This document shows positions 36,208 through 48,248 of a DNA stretch of 64,000 nt, piece after piece. A program made the position numbers and the translations under genes. The stretch is taken from assembly GCA_950097015.1 (NCBI GenBank), contig CATNEN010000010.1:744001-808000 (forward strand). Direction: 5' to 3'. Each line of letters begins with the position of its first letter. Position 1 is the first letter of the stretch. The notes under the pieces are model-generated. The model made no database searches, was not told the DNA's origin, and worked only from the letters and a program-made list of their open reading frames with translations. This stretch comes from Macrostomum hystrix. Its lineage: Eukaryota; Animalia; Platyhelminthes.

Positions 36208-37424
36208 ATGGCAGCACAAGCGGGAGCCGTGTGAGTAATAGGTTATGCTACTTTTTCTGGCCGCTTTTATTGTTTCAGATTGACTAAACCTTCTATTTCG
36301 ATACTATTACAGTAGGCAGTAGCGAAGTTTTTGACTGATCGTGGACTCGACTCATACACATAAATGCTAGTGTTTAGGAATGTAGAAATTGCGTTGGCTG
36401 GTTGTAATCTTAATCATGTTTAGACAATTAATCAGACAAGTTAAGATTAGACGGTTTAATTTTCTGATTCTATCAGACATATGATATCTGGACAACTAAA
36501 TATATGTTTTATACTCATGATCGAACATCTATCAAACCACAATTCAGAGTAACAACCAAAGAGTACGTGGACAAGACACTCAGTGAGCAGGACAAGCTAC
36601 ACGCGGACCTTTTTAACTCCTTTGTCGGCTACACCCGTCGCACTAGCAAGCAACGCGACAATGGCGACGATATCGCGACCATCGTCGGCGACTGCGCTCA
36701 GTCGGAGAAGTACGACAAGACCACCAAGGCGTCTCTTGGCGAGGTGGCCACCATCCTGGCCAACGTGGAGGAGTACCGTGACAATCACGTGCGCAACTTG
36801 GAGAACCATGTGCTGCACGAGCTGGCCAAGTTCGGCAATCAGCACCGAGGATCTCAGGTGGGTTTTGAGTATCAGTCGTTTTTAGGGCAAATAAATCATA
36901 AATGAATGGAGCCGAACTAAGATGACTGTCGGACACTCAAAGATGTAGAATGTAGCAAGTCAGATCCCAGACTTGGGCAGTGACTAAAGTTAATCTTCGA
37001 CCCCAACAACATCGGTGGGCAACCTTCATACATGCCATTCCGCCCCCTCCACATGGAACAGACGGACCTGCGCCGCTCGCTGTCGCAGAGCCAGCGCGGC
37101 AAGCGCGGCAACGGCAAGGCGCAGGCGGCCGAGCAGCACTTTAGCCGGCAGCTCGTTGACTTTGAAAGCCGACGCGTCACCGGCCTGCGCACGGTGTTGC
37201 AGAACTACATCTTCAGCGAGCTGGCCTGGCATCTGAAAGCAGCGGAGCTCTATTCTAACGCCTTCAAGGCTCTTCAGGGCATAGACGAAACCGAAGACGT
37301 CGAAGATTTCAGGCGCTCGCTGCAGTTGCCCCGGGAGATGCAATCGCTGAAGTCCACGGACCGGCACCAGCTGCCCGGCGGCGGTGGCGGCGTCGGCAGC
37401 GGCACCACTGGCACGCTGTCGTGA
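36208..37424 (+). CDS. CIBAR1: FAM92/CIBAR BAR-domain protein, 3 exons, ~231 aa
   Basis: Exons 36208-36230, 36548-36857, 37062-37424; phases 2/0, total 696 nt. FNSFVGYTRRTSKQRDNGD, EEYRDNHVRNLENHVLHEL, FESRRVTGLR...ELAWHLKAAELYSNAFKALQGIDETEDVEDFRRSL match FAM92. Confidence 0.85.
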
Positions 37425-38377
37425 GGGAGGGAGCCCAGGGAGGTCAGGCTCTGTTGAACTGTCGGTGCTGGCTGTTGCTGCTGTGTACATTCTGGAAGGC
37501 TCAGATCTCAGTTCGATTTATTTTCGAATTGAAATATATTTCTGAGTTGACTCTGAGGCTGCAGTTGCTTGCGTATAGCTTTGATATAATTTCGTCTCAG
37601 AAAAGGTATTGAGCCAGCACAGTCAGAATTTTCTAATAATCTGCGGCAGTCTTGGTATTCATCTTCAAGCTGCTCATGAGAAGGATTAGAAGGCCCATGC
37701 TTCTAATCTAAGAAGTAGCAAATAAGTGATCCGTTTTTTATTGCTTCGTGAGAAGTCTTCTATGCTAATCTCTACTTCATACGCTCGTATTGAAACGCTC
37801 TCTGTATTCCTGGAACTCGCATCGGCAATCATTCTAGCTCGTAGATGCCCGCTTGTTGCAGTAGTATGAGGTGCAAAGCATGCCCGGATTGGGAATCGCC
37901 AGCAGGACTGGGAAGATCCCAGCGACGGAAAATTATTTGATATATCAGAGGCCCTGATTATTTTATTGATATATTTAATTTACTTGCACTGTCCGGGTTC
38001 CCAGGCCTTCCAAGCTTAGAAACAAGTTTTTATTTCAACTATTTTTTCACTAAATTGTTCATCGATGACTTACACTACAAGTATTTGTACAAATTTGTAC
38101 ACACCAGAACTCACCAAACGGGCACACTTTGTTGTAATTTGAAACTCTCTTAGCGACTTTTTATGTTGTCATTTATTATTTTTATGACGTATGAGTAAAT
38201 TATTTCTTTTAATTTCTCTGAAGTGTTCTCTGAATGAACTTCACCATGCATCGATAAATTCTAACTCAAAGTAGAAATATAATTATGAGGCGAATTATTT
38301 TAATTAGCTCGAATTGAAATTTTCTTTAGGACTTGCGTTTTTACTCGCAAATGTGCACAATTATGAGCTCTTCTGAG

Positions 38378-38692
38378 TGAGTAGATAGCTGCCTGTCTGT
38401 GTGAGTAGATAGCAGCCAGTTTATGTGAGTAGATAGCTGCCAGGTATATGAGTAGATAGCTGCCAGTTTATGTGAGTAGATAGCTGCCAGTTTATGTGAG
38501 CAGATAGCAGCCAGTTTATGTGAGCAGATAGCAGCCAGTTTATGTGAGCAGATAGCAGCCAGTTTATGTGAGTAGATAGCTGCCAGTTTATGTGAGCAGA
38601 TAGCAGCCAGTTTATGTGAGCAGATAGCAGCCAGTTTATGTGAGTAGATAGCAGCCAGTTTATGTGAGTAGATAGCAGCCAGTTTATGTGAG
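38378..38692. repeat. 24-bp minisatellite, intergenic
   Basis: GTGAG(T/C)AGATAGC(A/T)GCCAGTTTAT units. Confidence 0.92.
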
Positions 38693-39562
38693 TCTACTTG
38701 CAGCTGGTATGCACTCGTATATTTACGGTCTATAAATAGACAGGTATGTTTATTGACGATACTCGTACTAAGTAGGCCAAATTAGTGCTTATAAGTCGGG
38801 TAATTAGCCGGTGATTTCAGGTGTAAAGCAAGCATCAATAGTCAGCTGATTGTCTGCAACACTAATTCGTTGTATTTGCACCGACAGCACATTTCTATTG
38901 CTCAATAACTAAGTAATCCAAGGAAAAAAGGCGGGTAGACTAACAGACTGAAGCAAGCTGAAATCAAACTAAAAACTCGCGAAAAAAATACTTAGAAGAA
39001 AATAGTTCAGCATTTCGCAGGTGCACATAAAACAGAATAAAATAAAGAAATTTGCACGACAATATTATGGACGAAAGCTGGGTGGACTAGCTGCTAATCT
39101 CCATGCAATCATATTTGCGACTGAAGACTCAACCAATCAGGAGAGACTATACTCAATGAAATGACAAATGGCATTCTTCATAAAAAGTGCACTCGAACCG
39201 AAAGTCCGCACAAGTACAGCTGCCGCATTTGGTGCCAATTTCTGTACAAAACTACAAAAGCTAAATAATTGTTCTTTTTTGTTCCATAAGGTGAAAAATA
39301 GGATATCTAAAAAAAGTGCGTAAGGAAAAGCAGCTACCAGGACTAAAGAAAAACTAAAGGGTGAAACCGAAATACCCACACACAGCAGTTGGAAGCCCAG
39401 AAAGCCAGAATCTGAATCAATGCATAACTTGAGTCATTGGTTCCATAAAAAATTGGCTTTATTGTAAATCGAATGTCAATGTCAATGTAAACCCGTCAAT
39501 TTTGTGCAAAGGTGTCTAATTTCCCAACGTTTCCTTTACCGACGGGTGACAATAACTTTTTT

Positions 39563-39750
39563 CGGCAACATCAAACAGTCCTCAGGCAGTATCGGCAACA
39601 TCAAACAGTCCTCAGGCAGTGTCGGCAACATCAAACAGTCCTCAGGCAGTGTCGGCAACATCAAACAGTCCTTAGGCAGTGTCGGCAACATCAAACAGTC
39701 CTCAGGCAGTGCCGGCAACATCAAACAGTCCTCAGGCAGTATTGGCAACA
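39563..39750. repeat. 30-bp minisatellite, ~6 copies, just 3' of the PHKG stop
   Basis: GGCAACATCAAACAGTCCTCAGGCAGTGTC units. Confidence 0.92.
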
Positions 39751-39803
39751 AAAACAGTAGTGTCGGCTCATTTCAGTCAAGGTCTTCAGTGACGACCGGA
39801 GCA

Positions 39804-42800
39804 TCAGCCGCACTCCTGGGCTGCCAGATCCATCTTTGGCGAGTTCTCGAACAGCGCGGCCCGGTTCTGGTCCTCGGCCTTCTTAACCCAGTGGCTGTAG
39901 ACCAGGAAGGCGGTGTTGTCGATGAGGCGCCGCATGTTGCGGATGGTGTAGGGGTCGGTGCGCAAGCGGTGCAGCTCCAGCCGGGCTGGCATGGCGTAGG
40001 CCCGGTGCAGGCGGCAGAGGCAGCGGACCGCCAGGATGGCTGAGCGAAATCGGGTGCGCCGGTCGAAGGTGACACAGGGCAGCTCCTGGGAAAGATTGGC
40101 AGATTGGAGTGCTTCAGGACCTTCTCAGCAATTTAATTACATCGAAAAATCTTTCCCTTACTTTAAAAGTAGCAGCTACTAAGCGTCGTTTCTTTACATT
40201 TACAATTTACTTTACAATTCTAGAAACTGAGGAAATCCAAGAACCTGGGGAAATCCAAGAACCTGGGGAAATCCAAGAACCTGGGGGGAATCCAAGAACC
40301 TGGGGAAATCCAAGAACCTGGGGAAATCCAAGAACCTGGGGAAATCCAAGAACCTGGGGAAATCCAAGAGCCTGGGGAAATCCAAGAACCTGGGGAAATC
40401 CAAGAACCTGGGGAAATCCAAGAACCTGGGGGGGGAATCCAAGAACCTGTGGAAATCCAAGAACCTGGGGAAATCCAAGAACCTGGGGAAATCCAAGAGC
40501 CTGGGGAAATCCAAGAACCTGGGGAAATCCAAGAAACTGGGGAAATCCAAGAGCCTGGGGAAATCCAAGAGCCTGGGGAAATCCAAGAACCTGGGGAAAT
40601 CCAAGAGCCTGGGGAAATCCAAGAGCCTGGGGAAATCCAAGAACCTGGGGAAATCCAAGAACCTGGGGAAATCCAAGAACCTGGGGGGGGAATCCAAGAA
40701 CCTGTGGAAATCCAAGAACCTGGGGAAATCCAAGAACCTGGGGAAATCCAAGAACCTGGGGAAATCCAAGAGCCTGGGGAAATCCAAGAACCTGGGGAAA
40801 TCCAAGAACCTGGGGAAATCCAAGAGCCTGGGGAAATCCAAGAACCTGGGGAAATCCAAGAACCTGGGGAAATCCAAGAACCTGGGGAAATCCAAGAACC
40901 TGGGGGGGGATCCAAGAACCTGTGGAAATCCAAGAACCTGGGGAAATCCAAGAACCTGGGGAAATCCAAGAAACTGGGGAAATCCAAGAACCTGGGGAAA
41001 TCCAAGAACCTGGGGAAATCCAAGAACCTGGGGAAATCCAAGAAACTGGGGAAATCCAAGAGCCTGGGGAAATCCAAGAGCCTGGGGAAATCCAAGAACC
41101 TGGGGAAATCCAAGAACCTGGGGAAATCCAAGAACCTGGGGGGGAATCCAAGAACCTGTGGAAATCCAAGAACCTGGGGAAATCCAAGAACCTGGGGAAA
41201 TCCAAGAACCTGGGGAAATCCAAGAGCCTGGGGAAATCCAAGAACCTGGGGAAATCCAAGAACCTGGGGAAATCCAAGAACCTGGGGAAATCCAAGAACC
41301 TGGGGGGGGATCCAAGAACCTGTGGAAATCCAAGAACCTGGGGAAATCCAAGAACCTGGGGAAATCCAAGAAACTGGGGAAATCCAAGAACCTGGGGAAA
41401 TCCAAGAACCTGGGGGGAATCCAAGAACCTGGGGAAATCCAAGAACCTGGGGAAATCCAAGAACCTGGGGGGGGATCCAAGAACCTGTGGAAATCCAAGA
41501 ACCTGGGGAAATCCAAGAACCTGGGGAAATCCAAGAAACTGGGGAAATCCAAGAACCTGGGGAAATCCAAGAACCTGGGGAAATCCAAGAACCTGGGGAA
41601 ATCCAAGAAACTGGGGAAATCCAAGAGCCTGGGGAAATCCAAGAGCCTGGGGAAATCCAAGAACCTGGGGAAATCCAAGAACCTGGGGAAATCCAAGAAC
41701 CTGGGGGGGGAATCCAAGAACCTGTGGAAATCCAAGAACCTGGGGAAATCCAAGAACCTGGGGAAATCCAAGAACCTGGGGAAATCCAAGAGCCTGGGGA
41801 AATCCAAGAACCTGGGGAAATCCAAGAACCTGGGGAAATCCAAGAACCTGGGGAAATCCAAGAACCTGGGGGGGGATCCAAGAACCTGTGGAAATCCAAG
41901 AACCTGGGGAAATCCAAGAACCTGGGGAAATCCAAGAAACTGGGGAAATCCAAGAACCTGGGGAAATCCAAGAACCTGGGGGGAATCCAAGAACCTGGGG
42001 AAATCCAAGAACCTGGGGAAATCCAAGAACCTGGGGAAATCCAAGAACCTGGGGAAATCCAAGAACCTGGGGAAATCCAAGAACCTGGGAAATCCAAGAA
42101 ACTGGGGAAATCCAAGAAGCGGGAAATGCAAGATCCGGGAAAATAAGAAAACAGGGAACTGCAAAAACTATGGAAAGCCAAGAACAGGGAACTCTAAGAA
42201 CTGAGGAAATTAAAAACCTGGGGAACCCCAAGAACTTGGGAATAAAAAACTGGGGAAAGCCAAGAACAGGGAATTTCAAGAACTGAGGAATACAAGAAGA
42301 GAAGACTGGAACCTTCAAGACCAAGCTGAAATGGCAGGTCGGAGGGCTCACTCACCTGCTTAGCAAAGAACGGGTGCGCCAGGGCCTGTTTAGAGGTGAG
42401 CCGCTGACTCGGCTCCACACACAGCAAGCTGGTGATGAGGTTTTTCGCGTACTCGGAGACCTCCTCCCACTCGGGCGTGTCAAGGCTGAAGCGGCCCTCC
42501 ATGATCATCCGCAGCATGGTCATCTGGCGCCGGTGCCAGAATGGAGGCGAGCCCACCAGCAGCGTGTACATGAGCACGCCGCTGGCCCACATGTCCACGG
42601 GCCGGCCGTAGCCGCGGATGCCGCGTGACTCGTACATGTTCACGACCAGAATCTCCGGGCTGAGGTAGCTCGGAGTGCCGCACAGATCCGTCAAACTGTC
42701 GTCGGTTTCAACCTCGGTGGCGAAGCCGAAGTCGGTGAGCTTGACGCTCATATCGGCATCCAGAAGGATGTTCTCGGCTTTGATGTCGCGGTGGACAATG

Positions 42801-43948
42801 CCGCGGCTGTGCAGAAAATCCAGCGCGTCCAGCAGCTGACGCATCACGCCGCGGGTTCGCTTCTCGGACATGCGCACCACCTTGTTCAGGTGCTCAAATA
42901 GTTCACCGTGCGGACAGCTGCAGATGGGGCGGATAGCAATGATGAAAACCTGAGGAATCAGTGAGGACTCCTGAGGAATCAGTGGGGCACCTGAGGAATT
43001 AGTCACCTGAGGAATTAGTCACCTGAGGAATTAGTCACCTGAGGAATTAGTCACCTGATGAATTAGTCACCTGAGGAATTAGTCACCTGAGGAATCAGTG
43101 AGGACACCTGAGGAATTAGTCACCTGAGGAATCAGTGAGGACACTTGAGGAATTAGTCACCTGAGGAATTAGTCACCTGAGGAATCAGTGAGGACACCTG
43201 AGGAATTAGTCACCTGAGGAATCAGTGAGGACACCTGAGGAATTAGTCACCTGAGGAATCAGTGAGGAAACTTGAGGAATTAGTCACCTGAGGAATTAGT
43301 CACCTGAGGAATTAGTCACCTGAGGAATCAGTGAGGACACCTGAGGAATTAGTCACCTGAGGAATCAGTGAGGACACTTGAGGAATTAGTCACCTGAGGA
43401 ATTAGTCACCTGAGGAATTAGTCACCTGAGGAATCAGTGAGGACACCTGAGGAATTAGTCACCGAGGAATCAGTGAGGACACCTGAAAAGTTGGTAAGAA
43501 ACTCAACAAATAATCTCACATTTCAAACACGAAGAAAATATAGGCCTCAGTCTCAAAGTGGTCATGCAGCAGGATGATGCTTGGGTGGCCCTGTACCAAT
43601 CGAAGTATGCGCAGTTCCTTCAGTGCGTCCTGCCTGGCATCTTCACTGTTCATGTCGAGATTGTTCAGATCGATGATCTTCACAGCAAACTCGCACTTGC
43701 TGGACTTCTCAATGCACTTGCGCACCACGCTGCTCAAGCCACTTAAATGAGTTAAACAAAAAGCATTTGTTCTGACTAATCTGACACACTTGAATAAAAG
43801 ACACCCTCTGTGCCAACTTCTGTATCATTTCAAAGAAAGAAACTTAGCAAACTTACCGACCAAGAATATCCTTTGGTTCATATTTGCTATGAAATTGGTT
43901 GCAATACTCTTTGTCCTCTTCAGACGAAATACCACTAGAGATGGTCAT
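39804..43948 (-). CDS. PHKG: Phosphorylase kinase catalytic gamma subunit, 4 exons, 385 aa
   Basis: Exons 43948-43857, 43741-43520, 42917-42356, 40085-39804; phases 2/2/0, total 1158 nt. YEPKDILGRGLSSVVRKC, AVKIID, HRDIKAEN, DFG, CGTPSYLSPE; calmodulin-binding tail DPYTIRNMRRLIDNTAFLVYSHWVKK...QNRAALFEN. Confidence 0.95.
40228..42115. repeat. 19-bp minisatellite, ~100 copies, in PHKG intron 3
   Basis: GAAATCCAAGAACCTGGGG units, with recurrent GAGCC, AAACT, long-G and CTGTGG variants. Confidence 0.97.
42950..43487. repeat. 16/21-bp minisatellite in PHKG intron 2
   Basis: CACCTGAGGAATTAGT and CACCTGAGGAATCAGTGAGGA units; sense strand reads ACTAATTCCTCAG|GTG. Confidence 0.95.
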
Positions 43949-45694
43949 GTTGCTGAAAAAAAATTATTTTTTTAAAAAACATTTTGCTTAAACGATTTGT
44001 TTCGAACAAGTCCATGAAGTGTTTATAAAAAATACATTTTGCTCTTTTAAAAATGTTTCAAATAATATAGGTCAACTTTTAGATCTTATAACAATCACAA
44101 TAGCAAAATATATATCTAAGAGGTAGTAATTTAAAAAATATGAATAAGTTAGAAATAAGAGGAAAAAATAAGAGGTAATAAGTAAAAAGCACACCATGAA
44201 CTAAAAAACATTAAATTTACCACAACAAATAAAATAATTGGGAGGTAAAAATCTATACATAAATTTCTGAGATAAATATTTATTTTCTTGTAAATATATA
44301 CATATAAATTATTGAATATAAACCTTCTTTAAAACTTTACAGAATTTACTTTTAAGTAGACTGAATAAAATAAAATATTAAAAAATGTAGACAAGAGGGT
44401 GTCCACAGAATGTAGTAAAATTTGGGACAACAGTACAGGGGGTTAAAATATCGTAATAAAAAACTTAATGAATACTGAAGATTGTATTTGCATTTATTTT
44501 ATAAAACAGCTCTAATATTTAACGCGTACCGAATTAGCTGTTCACCAGAGTTAAGTTAGAAAAAACACGACTGAGACACGTCTGAAGAATCTAGTAATTT
44601 AACAGGCTTAAGTAGAGTTTATTTCTTAGAAGTTATGTGACTAAAAATATAGCACTCTGATATTTATTAGAAAAGCGAAACCTTTCTTATGTTCTAGAAC
44701 TTACTTTAACTACAATTTATTTTACAATTTTATACAAGAATAGATTTCGTAGCAGAAAATTCAAGTTAGCTAAAAATAATATTCGTTAAAATCTGTGATT
44801 TAACAAAAATAATTTAAAGAGCAGATTCAACATGCACGTAAATCAAGCTTATGTTTTATTTCCAAACTGGCCTTGAGTAAATCCAGCAGGTAGCTGATTT
44901 AGTAGTACGTACGTACTACTGTCATAAGTTTATATCTAATGGATAGTCTTTTGTGATAAGTATCGCCAAGAAAAAATATATTTATCAAACTTATTTATCA
45001 AACTTTCAGCCTTAACTGAAAATGAACTTAAATTAGTTTGTTAAAATAATGAAGTTTGTCAAGATGTAATTGACTAATTGTAAGTGAAACTTTTTAGTCT
45101 AGTTAAAAAGACGATTCTAATTGAGCTAGGACTTTGAGCTAGGTTCGAATCCCAAGGATTATACTTTAGTAGATTTACATATTCATCACGATACCAAAGA
45201 TGAGTGCTTACCTAGTGACCGAGTCATTAAATTATCATATTAAGAGTTTAGATTTTAGAGATAGAGAATAATATTTTTATACTATAATTTCGCTGACTAA
45301 AAGTTCTTCTAGTGTAGGCCTATACATTTTCTTTTCATTTTAAATACACTTTCTTGAATCTTGACTCCTGCTTTTCATATTGAGTATGAAATATAACCAC
45401 TGCTCACATAATAATATAAACATTAAATATGTAAGTAGCATCTTCTAAACTTTTGATATCTTTCAGTAGTAAGCCAAAGCTAGATTAAGGAGAACAAAAA
45501 ATTATAATCACTTTATATATTTTGTGAAGTGCAAATTTCATAAGAAACTACACAATTATAGCAACCATTTTTAATAAATTTATATTTCTTGTATCTCTGC
45601 ATTTGTATCCTTTTTGAAGATTTATTCTTCCATTTATTTTTGCACTTCAGCAATCAAAATCACCAATCCAAAAGTTGTGAGTCAGAGATACAAC

Positions 45695-46635
45695 ATGGCA
45701 CTGGACAAGCTGCTAGTAATATCAATGGTGCTATTTAGCCTGGCTGAAGTGTTTGTGCTGGTGAGCCTGGCAATGCCAAACTGGCTGGTGTCCAGTGTGA
45801 ATGGCGAGTTGCGCATCGGCCTACTCACAGCCTGTCTGACTCTGCAGGGAAGCATGAACGAGGTGCGCAGTTGTTTTTGTTATAAAACTATGCTCAGATA
45901 CTGGCATACATTTCTGGAAATCAGAATGTCCCTCTGGAGAACCTACTAGAACCTAATATAAGTGGGTGGAGGTGGAGAACCCTCTTAGTCCCTTGACAAT
46001 GTCAGTAGGTGGAGAACCTTCAGGGCCTCCTGACAATGTCAACAGGTGGAGAGCCCTCTAGGCTTCTTTGACAATGTCAGCAGGTGGAGAACCCTCAGGG
46101 CCTCCTTGACAATGTCAGCAGGTGGAGAACCTTCAGGGCCTCCTTGACAATGTCAGCAGGTGGAGAACCTTCAGGGCCTCCTTGACAATGTCAGCAGGTG
46201 GAGAACCTTCAGGGCCTCCTTGACAATGTCAGCAGGTGGAGTACCCCATGGGCAGCACCTTTTTTCCGCCTTGTCGCCGTCCCGCAGGTCTGCTTCGCCC
46301 ACCGGCCGGCCAACGCGGCCTGGCAGCTGGTGTTCGCCCTGGTGGTGGCGGGCGTCCTCGGCCTGCTGGCTACGGTCGCCCTGCTGGCCGCCTCTCACCG
46401 CAAGGCCTCCATGGCGGACCCGGCTCGTTGGCTGGGCTTCGCCACGATGCTGCTGCTATCCGTGGCCGCCGTGGTCTTCCCCCTGGGCTTCTCCAGCGAG
46501 CAGGTTGGCGGCGAGCTGTACAACCTGCCGCTGATGTACCAGGTGGGCGTGTCCTACGTGTTCTTCTTCGTGGCGCTGTGGATGACTGTGCTAGCCGAAC
46601 TGTTCATGGGCAAAGGCTGCATTCCCAGGTTCTGA
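45695..46635 (+). CDS. MOSMO: Modulator of Smoothened (MOSMO/C16orf52/ATTHOG) tetraspan, 2 exons, 171 aa
   Basis: Exons 45695-45862 and 46288-46635; total 516 nt. DKLLVIS...SLAMPNW...GL..AC...C; ARWLGF..MLL..AAVVFPLGF...VGGELYNLP...VGVSYV.F...LFMGKGCIP matches MOSMO end to end. Confidence 0.92.
45970..46240. repeat. 38-bp minisatellite in the MOSMO intron, ~7 copies
   Basis: CAGGTGGAGAACCTTCAGGGCCTCCTTGACAATGTCAG units (46081, 46119, 46157, 46195, 46233...). Confidence 0.92.
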
Positions 46636-48248
46636 CTGTCCCCACTTTGTTTCTTACTATTTCTCGAATCTTGCAGCAGGTTGTTGCTACGGTACACCAA
46701 AAGATCCGTTTCGCTGCAGCCCCATTGGAGCGAATTGGGGACGGCTTCCAAACACTGAATGCATGAATGGGAGTACTAACTAGATGACGAATTATTCACT
46801 CGCTTAAATCAAGGTATAGTTGCTCCCACTGTTTACCCTGAGGCTGCGTACTCGAAAACCGTCCTTATGACTTTTAGATTCGCCCCAATGTGGCCGTGTT
46901 TTTATACCCAACGAGTCCACTTTTATTGTAATTGCCAGCGAATGCATGATGTAGATTTTCACCTGAAATTCGATTTCCATGTTAGTCTTTCCTTATTATA
47001 ATTAGCCTGTATCTGATGGACCATCAACTTGTTTATCAATGCACCGAGGGACCGAAAGTTTTATATGAAAGCAAAAAACTGCAGTTCTTACCTAGGAATT
47101 ATCCGTCACTCATGTCACAATGTCAGCTTTAGTGCGCACTGGTTCAAGCACTGCTAGTCGAAACTCGAAATGATTGCAACCCGCCGGTTGATTAAATATA
47201 CCTGTAAATATATGACTAAAAAATATTTTATTTTTTGTGCTATTCAAAACCTTTCGTTTGATAAAACTCCATTTTTGTTTTTTAACGTGCATGAAAGATA
47301 AAACGGCCCTAATAAGGGCAACATAAAAAGATGCTTTTGCCAGAACTAAGTAAAGCGGCTAATTATTTTCTTGCTAGTTAGTGGTTCAGAACTGCCTTGG
47401 CTTGGTGGTCCGATCTTAAGTGTTAAATAGTTGTGCAGCACTTGACCAATAACACAGGCTGCATGAATGAAGAGTTGTTGGGCTTTTAACCTTTTAGAGA
47501 GTTAAGACGCATCGTGTTTACTCTCAAGTGGTCTGAAGCTCTCGGGCACAGCTTGGCGAGCGTGCGTCACACATTCCCAAATTCACACTTGAACTTTGAG
47601 ACAGGGAGTTTGGACAGGGTTTATTGGGGAGGTCTCCATTAAGCTATTTGAGCTTCTTAAGATTCTTAACTGTTGCCTGTTTAAAGATCTGCCTATGACA
47701 CCTGAGTACAAGGTCCAGTATGCACTAAGTGTCTTTCCAAGAATCCGAAATAATTAAATCTAATTCTACTGCAGCCTTTTTGGTGTTTTATAACTTTCAC
47801 AGCGAGTTGCAGCGAAACCAGCGCACCGCAGGCGCTTGTTAAAATTCCTGATCTCTTAAATGTAGAAAACTCAACAGAAATTCAGGCCAGCTGTTTGTAC
47901 AAGAGCTTATAACGAGTGGAGGCAGCCCACTCGGCCTCCTTATTTCGTAGCAGCCAGCCTGAGCATTGCGGGGGCCAATTAAAAGAGCAACCAGAAAGGC
48001 ATTCGAGGGTCTTTGGAGGAGGGTCACCGCTGAGCCCATAAAAAGCTAAGTGAGCACAGGCGAGAGTCCAGTGAGATTTTGTTTGCTCTCGAGAATCAGG
48101 GCTGGCCTGACTGGCTGGGAGGCGCGGGAGAAGCTGACGCAGCCAACTCCGGAAAAGACACTCGGCGAGACAATTAGGCTGCCATTGTAACCCGATCTGG
48201 CATCTGGTAGACAGAAAGAGAAAGTGAGAGGGCCAGAAAGTGCAGAGC

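Noticed and set aside
39115-39135. GAAGACTCAA resembling part of a flatworm spliced-leader exon as I recall it
   Set aside because: Only ~10 nt match; no following GT donor, stem-loops or Sm site.
40109-42351. ORFs of 348-725 aa (GNPRTW / GEIQEP / GFPQVL repeats)
   Set aside because: Stop-free frames of the 19-bp array inside PHKG intron 3.
45120-45160. GGTTCGAATCCC B-box as a tRNA gene
   Set aside because: No matching A box or cloverleaf; at most a SINE scrap.
47400-48200. Possible retroelement relic on the minus strand
   Set aside because: Fragments interrupted by stops with no diagnostic RT or endonuclease motif.
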